From: Cyanobacteriota bacterium
Lineage (GTDB): Bacteria; Cyanobacteriota; Cyanobacteriia; PCC-6307; Cyanobiaceae
Direction: 5' to 3'
DNA length: 64,000 nucleotides
NCBI GenBank assembly: GCA_046052125.1
Contig: JBJOMY010000005.1
Location: 208,376-272,375 of the forward strand
The notes under the pieces are model-generated. The model searched no databases, was not told the DNA's origin, and saw only the letters and a list, made by a program, of their open reading frames with translations. Of this stretch, positions 52,173 to 63,717 are shown in pieces. Position 1 is the first letter of the stretch. Each line of letters begins with the position of its first letter. Made by a program: the position numbers and the translations under genes.

Positions 52173-52406
52173 ATGAGCGCCGGCAACGCCCCCGCCCTTT
52201 ACGAGCGCATTCGCAGCGATCAGCAGCTCACCCAGGAGCTGTTCCGCCAGGCGCTGCAGGATCCCTCAGGCGCCCTCGACCGCATCTGCAGCCTGGGCAG
52301 CGAGTGGGCCTTGCCCGTGAGCCGCGACGAGGTTAAAACCCACCTCAACAGCATCGACGACCCTGAAACCAAGCAGTGGCTGCTCAAGGCCAGGGGCGGC
52401 CTCTAA
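52173..52406 (+). CDS. Small hypothetical protein, Nif11-leader-like
   Basis: 77 aa helical pattern ending KARGGL. Confidence 0.7.
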   Translation: MSAGNAPALYERIRSDQQLTQELFRQALQDPSGALDRICSLGSEWALPVSRDEVKTHLNSIDDPETKQWLLKARGGL

Positions 52407-52523
52407 AGCCGAGCGCCGCGGCCGCTTATCGGTGCCCATCCAGCTGAAGAACAGCCAGTAGCTCACGATCGCCAGGCCGGCCGCCACCACCAGCGCCGCC
52501 ACCTGCTCGAGCCGCTTCACCAT
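52266..52523 (-). CDS. Small single-TM hypothetical protein; 3' end overlaps the convergent gene
   Basis: MVKRLEQVAALVVAAGLAIVSYWLFFSW occupies the intergenic gap. Confidence 0.55.
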   Translation of the reverse strand: MVKRLEQVAALVVAAGLAIVSYWLFFSWMGTDKRPRRSALEAAPGLEQPLLGFRVVDAVEVGFNLVAAHGQGPLAAQAADAVEGA

Positions 52524-52626
52524 GGCGCCAGCCTTTGCATGGATGGAAAACAGTCTGCAGGGCCGGACCTCCGAGGGGAGATGATGCAGATCAGAGCGGG
52601 CCATTGGTGCCCCCATCGGCATCGCC

Positions 52627-54354
<1,728 letters not shown>

Positions 54355-54492
54355 TCACTCAGCCGCTCCCAACAGCGTGCACCTAAGCCAGGGACAAACA
54401 ACTTCACACTTCCCTAGGCAAGACGACTCATTCTTCTTGGCCGAGTCCCAAGTTGTTCATAGGGTGATAGTTCCCCTTGGAGCGGTCAGGCC

Positions 54493-54681
54493 ATGAACAT
54501 CCATCCCCAGGCGTTCAACCCCTCCATGGGAGCCGCTGGGTTCAGCGCAGCTCAACCCAGCGGAATCGGAGCCGCCGGCGATCCGGTCGACACCTACTTC
54601 GAATGCATCACCGCCTGCTCCGTCGATGACGGCGAGTGCGTCACGCAATGCGTGGAGGTGTTGCGCGAAGCCTCAGCCTGA
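54493..54681 (+). CDS. Small Cys-rich hypothetical protein
   Basis: [28 protein letters not shown]. Confidence 0.75.
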   Translation: MNIHPQAFNPSMGAAGFSAAQPSGIGAAGDPVDTYFECITACSVDDGECVTQCVEVLREASA

Positions 54682-55800
54682 TCCCATCAGACTCGAGAGC
54701 TCAACGGGAGTGACCTGAAGGCGCAGGGTCTGGCCCTGGCGCTGCACCGTGAGCTCCATGGAGCGGCCCACACCGTTGCGCTCCACCAATTGGGTGAGTT
54801 GGGCAGGATCGCGCACCACTTGATCAGCGGCGGCGGTGATCACATCCCCAACCCGCAGGCCCGCGCGAGCGGCCGGGCCTGCGGGCATCACACTCCGCAC
54901 CAGTGCACCTGTGGCCTGAGCACCGCTGCTGCTGCGCACGGCATCAAGGCCGACCCCAATCATGGCGTGGCTGACGCTGCCCTTACTCACCAGCTGCTGG
55001 GCAATGGAGCGGGCCCGGTTGATCGGAATGGCAAAGCCAAGGCCGGCGCCTGGCCCGGAGCGCACGAGGGTGTTGATCCCCACCACCGCACCGTCGGCAT
55101 CGAGAAGCGGCCCTCCTGAATTCCCAGGATTGATCGCCGCATCGGTCTGAATCAGCTCCAACCGCTTATCGGTGATCCCAAGCTTGGCGGCATTGCGGTT
55201 GAGGCTGCTCACGATGCCGAGGGTCACCGTCTGATCCAGTCCGAACGGGTTACCCACGGCAATCACCCAATCACCCACCTGCAGGGCCTCGGAATTCCCC
55301 AGGGGTGCCACGGGCCAGGCGCCGCCGCCACCGAGCCGCACCACCGCCAGATCCGTCACCCGATCCGCCCCCACCACCGTTCCTTCCACGCGCCGGCCAT
55401 CGCTGAGGCCCACCATCACGCGAGTGCTGCCTTCCACCACGTGGGCATTCGTGAGCAGCAGGCCGCTGGGGTCATAGATGAAGCCGCTGCCCTGGCCCCG
55501 CTCCGTGCGCTGGGAGGGCGGGATGGCGCCGCCGCCCTGGGGCAGACCGAAGAACTGCCGCAGCAGCGGATCCATGAACGGGAAGGAGGGCATCACCTGG
55601 CGTCCCGGCACCACCACGGTGCGCTCGGTGTCGATCGTGACCACAGCGGGGCCACTGCGACGCACCGCATCCGCCACAAACGACTGGCGAGACAGCACGG
55701 CGTTCGCGGCCGGCGACTGGGCCAGCACCGGCGGCAGGCCTGCCGCGCTCAAGGCCGTGACCAAGGCCAGCGGCAACACCCGGGAAGGCACCAGTGCCAT
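54673..55800 (-). CDS. HtrA/Deg serine protease with PDZ domain
   Basis: [25 protein letters not shown]-terminal PDZ. Confidence 0.96.
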   Translation of the reverse strand: MALVPSRVLPLALVTALSAAGLPPVLAQSPAANAVLSRQSFVADAVRRSGPAVVTIDTERTVVVPGRQVMPSFPFMDPLLRQFFGLPQGGGAIPPSQRTERGQGSGFIYDPSGLLLTNAHVVEGSTRVMVGLSDGRRVEGTVVGADRVTDLAVVRLGGGGAWPVAPLGNSEALQVGDWVIAVGNPFGLDQTVTLGIVSSLNRNAAKLGITDKRLELIQTDAAINPGNSGGPLLDADGAVVGINTLVRSGPGAGLGFAIPINRARSIAQQLVSKGSVSHAMIGVGLDAVRSSSGAQATGALVRSVMPAGPAARAGLRVGDVITAAADQVVRDPAQLTQLVERNGVGRSMELTVQRQGQTLRLQVTPVELSSLMGSG

Positions 55801-55972
55801 GCGACCAAAACAATCGGATCTCGACCGTAAGCAGATTTCCCGGTCCGGCCAAGCCGACGCGCGCGGGTGATTTCCTCACCGCCATCCCTGACGACGACGC
55901 GACAGCCGCGCGATGATGTGTGGTGTTGAACGGTATGAACGCCATCCAGTACGCCCTGCCGGCATCCTCTCT

Positions 55973-56251
55973 ATGAGCTCTGAGCTATTCGCCAAGCTGC
56001 TGCCGCTGGTCTACGGAGCGTGCTTCCTGGGATTGCTTTGGCAGGCTTTCCGGATCATGGGCCGCGGCTTTAGCGCCGTCCCGCGGCCCGGTGACCCGCC
56101 AAGCCGAGTGCCCCGCGGCGATCGCACCGGCCGGCTCACCATCCATCCGGAGCTCCTGGATGCCGATGGCCAACTCACCCGCGACGACTTACTCACGGTG
56201 CGATTCGGCGGCGATCAAGAGCAGCCCGCCTCACCGAACGACCCCAGCTGA
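55973..56251 (+). CDS. DUF2973 family protein
   Basis: TM helix, QAFRIM, HPELLDADG...LLTVRF. Confidence 0.8.
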   Translation: MSSELFAKLLPLVYGACFLGLLWQAFRIMGRGFSAVPRPGDPPSRVPRGDRTGRLTIHPELLDADGQLTRDDLLTVRFGGDQEQPASPNDPS

Positions 56252-56312
56252 ACCCGCACGGGCCCATCAGCTGGTACAACCGTTGGGTGCTTGTGGACAC
56301 AGCGGAGGCTGA

Positions 56313-56696
56313 GTGGAGCAAAGAACCCGGATCGTGGCTGCGGTGCTCAAGGCCATCAAGCTGCCCCCCCGCTTCCAGCTGAAGCTGGTGAAGGAAGACC
56401 CCGTTCGCCTGGAGCTGATCCTCACCCCTGCCTACGGCAAAGAACCCATCCTGGTGGGCCTGGTGGAATCGCAAGACCTGGTGGCCCGTCGTGATCGCGA
56501 GGGGCGAGTCCCCAGGGATCTTCAGGGCACATGGGACTGGACCGTGCGCCACGGCAAGGTGAGCACCGGGGGCTGGAACCCCTATCTCAAGGAAGCCCTG
56601 CAAACGATGTTTGAAACGGGTCTGCCGGCGATCGTGTACGAGGAAACCACCGGCGAGGTGTATCACCCGGTGGATGGGGCCCGGCACGTGCGCTAG
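56313..56696 (+). CDS. Conserved hypothetical protein
   Basis: Host-typical codon usage; GGAGG upstream of GTG. Confidence 0.8.
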   Translation: MEQRTRIVAAVLKAIKLPPRFQLKLVKEDPVRLELILTPAYGKEPILVGLVESQDLVARRDREGRVPRDLQGTWDWTVRHGKVSTGGWNPYLKEALQTMFETGLPAIVYEETTGEVYHPVDGARHVR

Positions 56697-56735
56697 GGCT
56701 GGCGCAAGCGCCACGGATCCCAGCTGATTACCCCC

Positions 56736-59258
56736 GTGTCCCTGCCGATTGAACCGCTGCTGCCCGAGCTGGTGCAGCGGCTCGCGGCGGGGAGCACCAT
56801 GCTGCTGCAGGCCCCACCTGGGGCCGGCAAAACCACCCGCGTGCCGCTGGCCCTCTTAGAGGCCAGCGCAGGCAACGGGCGCATTCTCATGCTCGAGCCG
56901 CGGCGGCTGGCGGCCAAGGCCGCAGCAGAGCGCCTCGCGGCCGAGCTCGGAGAAGCGGTGGGCCAGCAGGTGGGCTACCGCGTGCGACTGGAGAGCCGCG
57001 TGTCGGTCGCCACGCGCATCGAGGTGCTCACCGACGGCCTGTTTCTGCGGCAGCTGCAAAGCGATCCAGGCCTGAACGGGGTGGCCTGCGTGATCTTCGA
57101 TGAATTTCACGAACGCCGCTGTGAAGCGGATTTAGCCCTGGCCCTACTGCGGGAGGCCAGAGACCTGCTGATGCCGGAGCTGCGGCTCCTGGTGATGTCA
57201 GCCACCCTCAACCTGCAGCCGCTGGTGGAGCAACTACCAGAAGCGGTGCTGCTCAGCAGCGAGGGACGCAGTCATCCGGTGGCCATCAGCCATCAGGCGC
57301 CGCGGGAGCGGGAAGCGCTCCCCTTGCAGGTGATCCGCGCCCTCGAAGGGCACTGGCTCGACCAACGGGCCAACAACGAAACGGTGCTGGTGTTTTTGCC
57401 TGGCCAACGGCAGATTCAGCAAACCCAGGAGGCCATCGCCAAAACCAGCTGGGGTGCGGAGCTGGAGGTGTGTGCGCTGCACGGCAATCTGCCGCTCGCT
57501 GAGCAAAGCCGCGCCATCCGCCCCAGCCACCAGCCCGGCGGCAAGGTGGTCTTGGCCACGGCCATCGCCGAAAGCTCCCTCACCATCGAGGGGGTCACCC
57601 TGGTGATTGATAGCGGACTCAGTCGCCGCAGCCGCTTCGATCCGGTGAGCGGCATGGAGAGCCTGGTGACCGTGCCGGCCAGCCTGGCCAGTGCCGAGCA
57701 GCGAGCCGGTCGCGCCGGCCGACTGGGGCCCGGCCGGGCGCTGCGGCTCTGGAGCCCTGCCGAACAGCAACGCCGACCGGCCTTCGATCCACCCGCTGTG
57801 ATGGAAGCAGACCCAGCCCCTCTGGTGCTGCAACTCGCCCAGTGGGGGGCTGGCTTGGGCGATGGGCTGCCCTGGCTGGAAGCCCCACCCAGGCCTCACC
57901 TACTGGAAGGCCAGGAGCTGCTCCGCCAGCTTGGAGCGCTCGATGCCAAGGGCACGCTCAATGATCACGGCCGTCAGATGGCCGCCCTGGGGGTGCATCC
58001 CCGGCTGGCTCACTTGCTGCTGCGGGCCCGAGAGCTGGGGGCCGTGGAACTGGGCTGCAGCCTGGCGGCGTTACTCGGTGAGCGCGATCCCCTGCGCCAA
58101 GAGGAGGCCGGCTGCGATCTGATGCGACGGCTCGATTGGCTGCGATCCTCTGGGCGCGACCCACGCCGGCAACAGCTCCGGCAACTCAAGCAGCAGCTGG
58201 AGCGCCAGCTAGCAGCCCTGAAAGCGGCCGCAGCTGCCACCTCACCTGCCATCCACCGCAGCGAGGAACACGCCATCGCCGCCGAACTGCTCGCCCATGC
58301 CTATCCGGAGCGGGTGGCGATCGAGCGCTCGCCGGGATCGGGCCGCTACCGCACCCGCAGCGGCCGTGGGGCCCTCCTGCACCCCAGCGATCCGCTGCTG
58401 GGCAGCCCTGCCCTGGCCATCGCCGCCGCCGATGCCGGCACGAGCGATGCCCGGATTCAGCTGGCGCTGGTGCTGCCCGCCGCCAGCCTCTCTGCTCTGG
58501 CCTTGGCGAACGGGCATGAACAGGAGCAGGTGAGCTGGGATCGCCAGCAACAACGCGTACGCGCCGAACGGGAGCTGCGGTTGGGAGCCCTGGTGCTCGA
58601 GCGGCGCCCCTGGCCCGATGCACCACCAGCTGCTTTGCGCTCAGCTCTGTTGGAGGGCTTGGACGCGTTGGGCATCGATGCTCTGCCCTGGGATCGCCCC
58701 AGCCGTCAGCTGCAGCAGCGCCTATGCCTGGCCCACCAACATCTCGGCGCTCCATGGCCCGACCGCAGCGATGCAGCCCTCAGCGCTGATCCTGAGCTCT
58801 GGCTGGCGGATCAACTCGATGGGATCCGCAGCAGCGCTGACCTGCAGAACCTCAATCTTCAAGAAGCGCTTTGGAGCGGGCTGGCCTGGGAGCTTCGAGA
58901 CCAACTCCAACAACTGTTGCCGCCAACCCTGGCCATTCCCTCCGGCCGGCAAGCCAGCCTCGACTACAGCAGCGGTGAACCGGTCCTGGCGGTGAAACTC
59001 CAGGAGCTCTTCGGAGCCGCGACCACCCCAACGGTGCTCGGTGGACGTCTACCCATCACGGTTCACCTGCTTTCACCGGCAGGACGACCGGCCGCGATCA
59101 CCCAGGATCTGGCCGGCTTTTGGAAGGGTTCCTATCAAGAGGTACGCAAAGAGCTCCGAGGCCGCTACCCGCGCCATCCCTGGCCAGACGATCCGGGCCA
59201 CACGCCGGCAACTGCACTCACCACCAGGGCACTGCAGCGTCGTCAATCCCAGAGGTGA
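56736..59258 (+). CDS. hrpB: ATP-dependent helicase HrpB
   Basis: PPGAGKTT, DEFH, MSAT, QRAGRAGR, LAVKLQELFG, ELRGRYPRHPWPDDP. Confidence 0.96.
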   Translation: MSLPIEPLLPELVQRLAAGSTMLLQAPPGAGKTTRVPLALLEASAGNGRILMLEPRRLAAKAAAERLAAELGEAVGQQVGYRVRLESRVSVATRIEVLTDGLFLRQLQSDPGLNGVACVIFDEFHERRCEADLALALLREARDLLMPELRLLVMSATLNLQPLVEQLPEAVLLSSEGRSHPVAISHQAPREREALPLQVIRALEGHWLDQRANNETVLVFLPGQRQIQQTQEAIAKTSWGAELEVCALHGNLPLAEQSRAIRPSHQPGGKVVLATAIAESSLTIEGVTLVIDSGLSRRSRFDPVSGMESLVTVPASLASAEQRAGRAGRLGPGRALRLWSPAEQQRRPAFDPPAVMEADPAPLVLQLAQWGAGLGDGLPWLEAPPRPHLLEGQELLRQLGALDAKGTLNDHGRQMAALGVHPRLAHLLLRARELGAVELGCSLAALLGERDPLRQEEAGCDLMRRLDWLRSSGRDPRRQQLRQLKQQLERQLAALKAAAAATSPAIHRSEEHAIAAELLAHAYPERVAIERSPGSGRYRTRSGRGALLHPSDPLLGSPALAIAAADAGTSDARIQLALVLPAASLSALALANGHEQEQVSWDRQQQRVRAERELRLGALVLERRPWPDAPPAALRSALLEGLDALGIDALPWDRPSRQLQQRLCLAHQHLGAPWPDRSDAALSADPELWLADQLDGIRSSADLQNLNLQEALWSGLAWELRDQLQQLLPPTLAIPSGRQASLDYSSGEPVLAVKLQELFGAATTPTVLGGRLPITVHLLSPAGRPAAITQDLAGFWKGSYQEVRKELRGRYPRHPWPDDPGHTPATALTTRALQRRQSQR

Positions 59259-60031
59259 TCAAAGCCAAAGTGCCGCAACCCTTCGGCGATGCCCGCACAG
59301 CCTTCTGCTGAAGCGAGATACACCGAGGGTAAACGGGGCAGGTGCGCAAGCAGTGCCGCTTCAGCGTTGGCCACCATCACCCCCTTCAGTCCGGTTTCAA
59401 ACATCGCCAGATCGTTCAGCGTGTCGCCAGCAGTGACCACCTGGCCTAAATCCACCTCCAGCCACTCCAACAGGGTGAGCAGCGTGCTGCCCTTGTTCAC
59501 GCCAGCCGGGAGGAGATCGAGGTAGCGGTTGTCTGAAACGAGGCAGTCCACACCATGGGCCTCCAACTGAGGGATCAAGTCATGGTCGAAACGCTGAGGG
59601 TCGACGTAATACGCCAAACGCCGCTCGGAATGGATGGGCTGGGACGTGAGCCCGGGCTGCCCCTGGAGCAGTGGCAGAAGCCGCTCCTCCAATCCACGCC
59701 AGCGCTCCTCAATGGGATCCACCGCCAACGGAACAGGCAGCAGCGACTGCCCACAGGCCACCGTGCAACCCACATCGCCGATCACCAAATGGGGTGCTGC
59801 CAAGCCAATCGGCTCGTCCTCGCGCAACACCCGGGCGATCGAGGCCAGATCGCGACCGGTTGAAAACACATGCAGCACCCGATGGCGCTCCTCCGCCAGC
59901 CAGCGATAGAAGCGCCGCCGCTCATCGGTGGCTCCGCCCAACAGCGTGCCATCCAGATCGGTCACCAGCACGAGCTCCGGCGCCTCGGGCAGGGGCGCCG
60001 ACAGCTGACCCTGCAGCAACTGACGCGTCAT
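59243..60031 (-). CDS. HAD-IIB (S6PP-like) sugar-phosphate phosphatase
   Basis: TDLDGTL, STGR, DVG, NKG, AGDTLND. Confidence 0.88.
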   Translation of the reverse strand: MTRQLLQGQLSAPLPEAPELVLVTDLDGTLLGGATDERRRFYRWLAEERHRVLHVFSTGRDLASIARVLREDEPIGLAAPHLVIGDVGCTVACGQSLLPVPLAVDPIEERWRGLEERLLPLLQGQPGLTSQPIHSERRLAYYVDPQRFDHDLIPQLEAHGVDCLVSDNRYLDLLPAGVNKGSTLLTLLEWLEVDLGQVVTAGDTLNDLAMFETGLKGVMVANAEAALLAHLPRLPSVYLASAEGCAGIAEGLRHFGFDHLWD

Positions 60032-60123
60032 TGCGCAAGCCAGCAAGTGGGGCCAACCGTATCGCCAGACACCGTCAAGCAACCCACATGTTTCGTTACA
60101 GTCCGGGCGTTCTCGTCAATCCG

Positions 60124-60276
60124 ATGCCCGACACCACCTCTTCATCTGCTCGCTTCGGTTTTGTGAATTTCGCTGAAACCTGGAATGGTCGGCTGGCCAT
60201 GCTGGGCTTCACCATTGGTCTGGCGACTGAGCTGCTCACCGGCCAAGGAATCCTGGGTCAGATCGGTCTCGGTTGA
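60124..60276 (+). CDS. hli: High-light-inducible protein
   Basis: FGFVNFAETWNGRLAMLGF...ELLTGQGIL. Confidence 0.95.
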   Translation: MPDTTSSSARFGFVNFAETWNGRLAMLGFTIGLATELLTGQGILGQIGLG

Positions 60277-60302
60277 TTGATCGCTACCGAATCAGAGCGA
60301 TC

Positions 60303-60330
60303 AGCGCCCCTCCACAAAGGGGCGCTTTTT
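60303..60330 (+). terminator. Intrinsic terminator after hli
   Basis: AGCGCCCCT-loop-AGGGGCGCT-TTTT. Confidence 0.85.
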
Positions 60331-60413
60331 GATGGTTCAAACTGGCTAAACCAACCGCAGCTTGTGCTCCTCTGGCCCAGCTCTTTGCCAAAAACCGACG
60401 CGATGGTGCCCGC

Positions 60414-60548
60414 ATGCTCAGCAGCGGGCTGGTGATCACCTGTGTCGGCTGGATTCGGTTGGATCACCCGGCGGGTCAGATCGTGGCCTTACTGGGCACC
60501 TTGATTTGCGTGTACTGGTGGAGCTGTTATCGGCGGCTCGAGCGCTGA
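60414..60548 (+). CDS. Small two-TM hypothetical protein (not in ORF track; frame open back to 60333)
   Basis: MLSSGLVITCVGWIRLDHPAGQIVALLGTLICVYWWSCYRRLER fills the hli-xseA gap. Confidence 0.6.
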   Translation: MLSSGLVITCVGWIRLDHPAGQIVALLGTLICVYWWSCYRRLER

Positions 60549-60578
60549 TCCACCACGCCTTCACGAACCCTTGAGCCA

Positions 60579-61736
60579 TTGAGCAGCGAACTAGGCCTGC
60601 CGCGCTTCAGCGTGGCGGAACTCAACCAGGCAATCGGATCGCTCCTCGAGCGGGGCTTTGCGCCGAGGTTTCTGCTGGAGGCCACCGTGTCGAGGCCTCA
60701 GCTCAAGAAGGGGCATCTCTGGCTCACCCTGGTGGATGAGCAGGCATCCATCTCTGGGGTGGTGTGGGCCTCCCAGCTCAGCAAGCTCAGCTTTCAGCCC
60801 AGCGAGGGCGATGGTGTGCTGGTGGTTGGCAAGCTGAACTTCTGGACCAGCAGAGCCAGCCTCTGCGTTCAAATCCTTGACCTGCGGCCCAGCCTCAGCG
60901 CTGTGCTGCGCCAATTCGAGCGCGTTCGGGAGCTGTTGGACCCCGAAGGGTTGCTCGACGTTGAGCGCAAACGGCCTCTTCCGGCCATGCCCGGCGCCAT
61001 CGCGCTGCTCACCAGCTCACCCAGCTCAGCTCTCGCAGACATGCTGCGAACAGCCAAGGAGCGTTGGCCCGCAACCCGTATCCATGTGGTCCCGATCCCG
61101 GTACAAGGCCCGGTCGAGGATCAAATTCGCGCCCGATTGGCTGAAGTGATCGAGCGATCAGGCCTGCTGGGCATCGAGGCCATCGTTCTGGCCCGCGGTG
61201 GCGGCAGCCGCGAAGACCTCGCTGTCTTTGATGGCGAGGATCTCGCGAGGGATCTCGCCGCTTGTCCACTACCGGTGGTCACCGGCTTGGGCCATGAAGA
61301 CGACACCACCATTGCCGACCTGGTGGCTGATTACCGGGCGGCAACGCCAACGGCAGCCGTGGTCGCTCTGCTGCCAGACCGCCAGAGCCTCGCGTTGGCG
61401 CTGGGACAGCAGGAGGCCTTGCTCAAGCAAAGCCTTCGGCATCGGCTGCAAGCGGAGCGGCTGCGGCTGGATGCGAGCCGGGAACGACTGAAGCAGCTGC
61501 ACCCGCGCGAGCTACTCGAGCGGGTTCGGCAACGACTGGACCAGCGCTTGGAACTACTGCAGGCACTCTCACCCAAGCGCCTGCTGGAGCGCGGTTTTGC
61601 ATTGGTGCACCGCAGCGATGGCCAGTTGCTGCGTTCCATTCAGCAGGTGAACCCAGGTGACGCGCTTCAAGTGGTGCTGGTAGACGGCAGGATCGACAGC
61701 GTTGTGCAGCAGGTGAAGCGCGAAGGCGATGGCTGA
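60579..61736 (+). CDS. xseA: Exodeoxyribonuclease VII large subunit
   Basis: SVAELN, KRPLP, ARGGGSREDL, GLGHEDD, AATPTAA. Confidence 0.96.
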   Translation: MSSELGLPRFSVAELNQAIGSLLERGFAPRFLLEATVSRPQLKKGHLWLTLVDEQASISGVVWASQLSKLSFQPSEGDGVLVVGKLNFWTSRASLCVQILDLRPSLSAVLRQFERVRELLDPEGLLDVERKRPLPAMPGAIALLTSSPSSALADMLRTAKERWPATRIHVVPIPVQGPVEDQIRARLAEVIERSGLLGIEAIVLARGGGSREDLAVFDGEDLARDLAACPLPVVTGLGHEDDTTIADLVADYRAATPTAAVVALLPDRQSLALALGQQEALLKQSLRHRLQAERLRLDASRERLKQLHPRELLERVRQRLDQRLELLQALSPKRLLERGFALVHRSDGQLLRSIQQVNPGDALQVVLVDGRIDSVVQQVKREGDG

Positions 61737-62007
61737 AAGCAAACCCAAACGCAGTCGCACCCGGGCAACCAGCAACACCGCAGCGAGCGATCCGTCCACG
61801 GAGTGGCTAGCCGAAGTGCAGGGGCTCAGCTTCAACGAAGCCCGCACGGCGTTGGAGCTTGCGATGGCGAAGCTGCAATCGAGCGACCTGGAAGTGGAAG
61901 AGATGGCCAGCCTGTACCGACGCGCCGAGGCCTATGCGGAACGCTGCAGAGCAGTGCTCGAGAGCGTGGAGCAGGACGTGATCGAATGGGATACACCCGC
62001 CCGCTGA
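61729..62007 (+). CDS. xseB: Exodeoxyribonuclease VII small subunit
   Basis: LSFNEA...LQSSDLEVEE...Y...C...LESVEQ; overlaps xseA. Confidence 0.9.
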   Translation: MAESKPKRSRTRATSNTAASDPSTEWLAEVQGLSFNEARTALELAMAKLQSSDLEVEEMASLYRRAEAYAERCRAVLESVEQDVIEWDTPAR

Positions 62008-62016
62008 GGAAAATCG

Positions 62017-62391
62017 ATGTCGCAGAGCAACGCTGTAAATCCTTGGTTGGCGTGGATCTATCTCGCTCTGGCGATTGCAGGCGGAGTACTGCCCTGGATG
62101 GCCAACATCGCCTTCATGCAGGAGTACGGATCGGCCTTTGATCTCAAGGTGTTCATCAACCTGGCCAATGCCAACCCAGCCGCCCAATCCCTATCCCGTG
62201 ATCTCTTGGTGGGCGCTGCAGCGGTAACCACGTGGATGATCGTGGAAAGCAAACGGTTGGGAATGCGCCACCTCTGGCTAGTACTGCTGAGCTCGGTGAC
62301 CATCGCCTTTGCGTTCGCGGCTCCCTTTTTTCTGTTCTTGCGCGAACGCCGTCTTGCTGAACTGGCTGGCACAACCAGCCCAAACAGCTGA
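62017..62391 (+). CDS. DUF2834 family membrane protein
   Basis: NPAAQSLSRDL, ESKRLGM, PFFLFLRER. Confidence 0.85.
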   Translation: MSQSNAVNPWLAWIYLALAIAGGVLPWMANIAFMQEYGSAFDLKVFINLANANPAAQSLSRDLLVGAAAVTTWMIVESKRLGMRHLWLVLLSSVTIAFAFAAPFFLFLRERRLAELAGTTSPNS

Positions 62392-62394
62392 GCT

Positions 62395-62739
62395 TCAGGG
62401 GTCTTCTGAAATGTCGCGCACCTGCACATCAATTACCGCACTGCTGGCTGGTTGATCAACCGGTTGTGATCGGCCCGAATCAGCCTGCGAAAGGGGTGTT
62501 CCGCAGCCAGGGCAGGTGCTGGCGCCGAAGCCAGGCGTACCACAGACGGCACAGGTGACCAAGCGGCGCTTGAACCATTGCCAGGCCAGAAAGCCGCCAC
62601 CAGCCAAGACCAGCGGGCCAAACACCAGCAGCAGCGTCACACCCTCAAGAACGTCAACAAAAAGACGCGCCGTAAACCCTGGAGCGAGCAGCAACAGGGC
62701 AATGGCTGTGATCCAGAGCCAGGGGACCGGACGTTGCAT
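62395..62739 (-). CDS. Hypothetical membrane protein with zinc ribbon
   Basis: Two TM helices then CAVCG...CPGCG and VIDV tail. Confidence 0.8.
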   Translation of the reverse strand: MQRPVPWLWITAIALLLLAPGFTARLFVDVLEGVTLLLVFGPLVLAGGGFLAWQWFKRRLVTCAVCGTPGFGASTCPGCGTPLSQADSGRSQPVDQPASSAVIDVQVRDISEDP

Positions 62740-62784
62740 CAGCTCGGCGCTGGGACACTGGATCCATCCTCACCACAGAAGCCC

Positions 62785-63717
62785 CTAAGCGACAGGGAGC
62801 GAACGTACGGATGCTTCACCATCACGGCGACGGCTCACCACCACACTCAATGCCATGCCGTAATACACAACAAGCGCTACCAACCAAACCCACAGGCTTA
62901 AGAGCAACACACCCCCGATCACGCCATACGCCTGAAAGCGATTGCCAAGCGACAAAAGACTGCGGCCCAACGCAGCATTGAGGGTGGTCAACGACACACC
63001 GATGAGGAGCGCTCCAGGAACAAGAGATTTTGCTGGGACACGGCGCGTCGGGAGGATGGCAATCAAGGCGTAAGCCAAGCTGCAGGAGATCAACAATGAG
63101 AGTCCAAAATCAACTACCCATGGCACCGGCGCCCACAACCGCAGCCACGAAGGCAGCCAGGATTGGAGCAGCAATCGCCAACTCCCCGGGCTCAGCAAGC
63201 GAAGGTTAGTTGTGACTTGATCAAGAACAACGAAAACGCCAATCAGCAACACCAACGCAAACGATTCAATCCGTGCACGAATAAAGCGCCGAACAGGCTG
63301 GCTCCAATGCACAATCGGCTGAAGGCAGGGCCGAAAACCCCACAAACGGTCGGCTCCGCGCTGCAGGCTGAGGTAAGCATTGGTGGAAGAAACCAATAGG
63401 AATAGGGCACCAACCACTCCAGCACCAGTGCCCTGACGAATCAGCTTCAACAGCGTGGTGCTCACGATGGGCACCACCGATTCCGGCAGCACTTGTTGCG
63501 CTAACTCCAACAGTTGGTCGGTCAGACCATCCACACGACCCAACACACGGCTGGCGACACCGAGAGCAATTAAGAGGATCGGGAAAAAAGACTGAAGCGT
63601 GTGATAAGCGAAGGCTGCACTGAGATCAACACAGTCTTCTCGATCCCAAAGCCGATAGGAGCGCCAAATCAAACGCATCAGCGACCGCCAGATCGGAGAG
63701 GTCTTGCGCTCGCTCAT
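62785..63717 (-). CDS. YihY/BrkB family membrane protein
   Basis: LSAAFAYHTLQSFFP, YGVIGGVLLLSLWVW; multi-TM. Confidence 0.88.
   Translation of the reverse strand: MSERKTSPIWRSLMRLIWRSYRLWDREDCVDLSAAFAYHTLQSFFPILLIALGVASRVLGRVDGLTDQLLELAQQVLPESVVPIVSTTLLKLIRQGTGAGVVGALFLLVSSTNAYLSLQRGADRLWGFRPCLQPIVHWSQPVRRFIRARIESFALVLLIGVFVVLDQVTTNLRLLSPGSWRLLLQSWLPSWLRLWAPVPWVVDFGLSLLISCSLAYALIAILPTRRVPAKSLVPGALLIGVSLTTLNAALGRSLLSLGNRFQAYGVIGGVLLLSLWVWLVALVVYYGMALSVVVSRRRDGEASVRSLPVA

Noticed and set aside
60085..60105. HLR1/RpaB site upstream of hli
   Set aside because: Only one GTTACA half-site; equally explained as a -10 (TACAGT)
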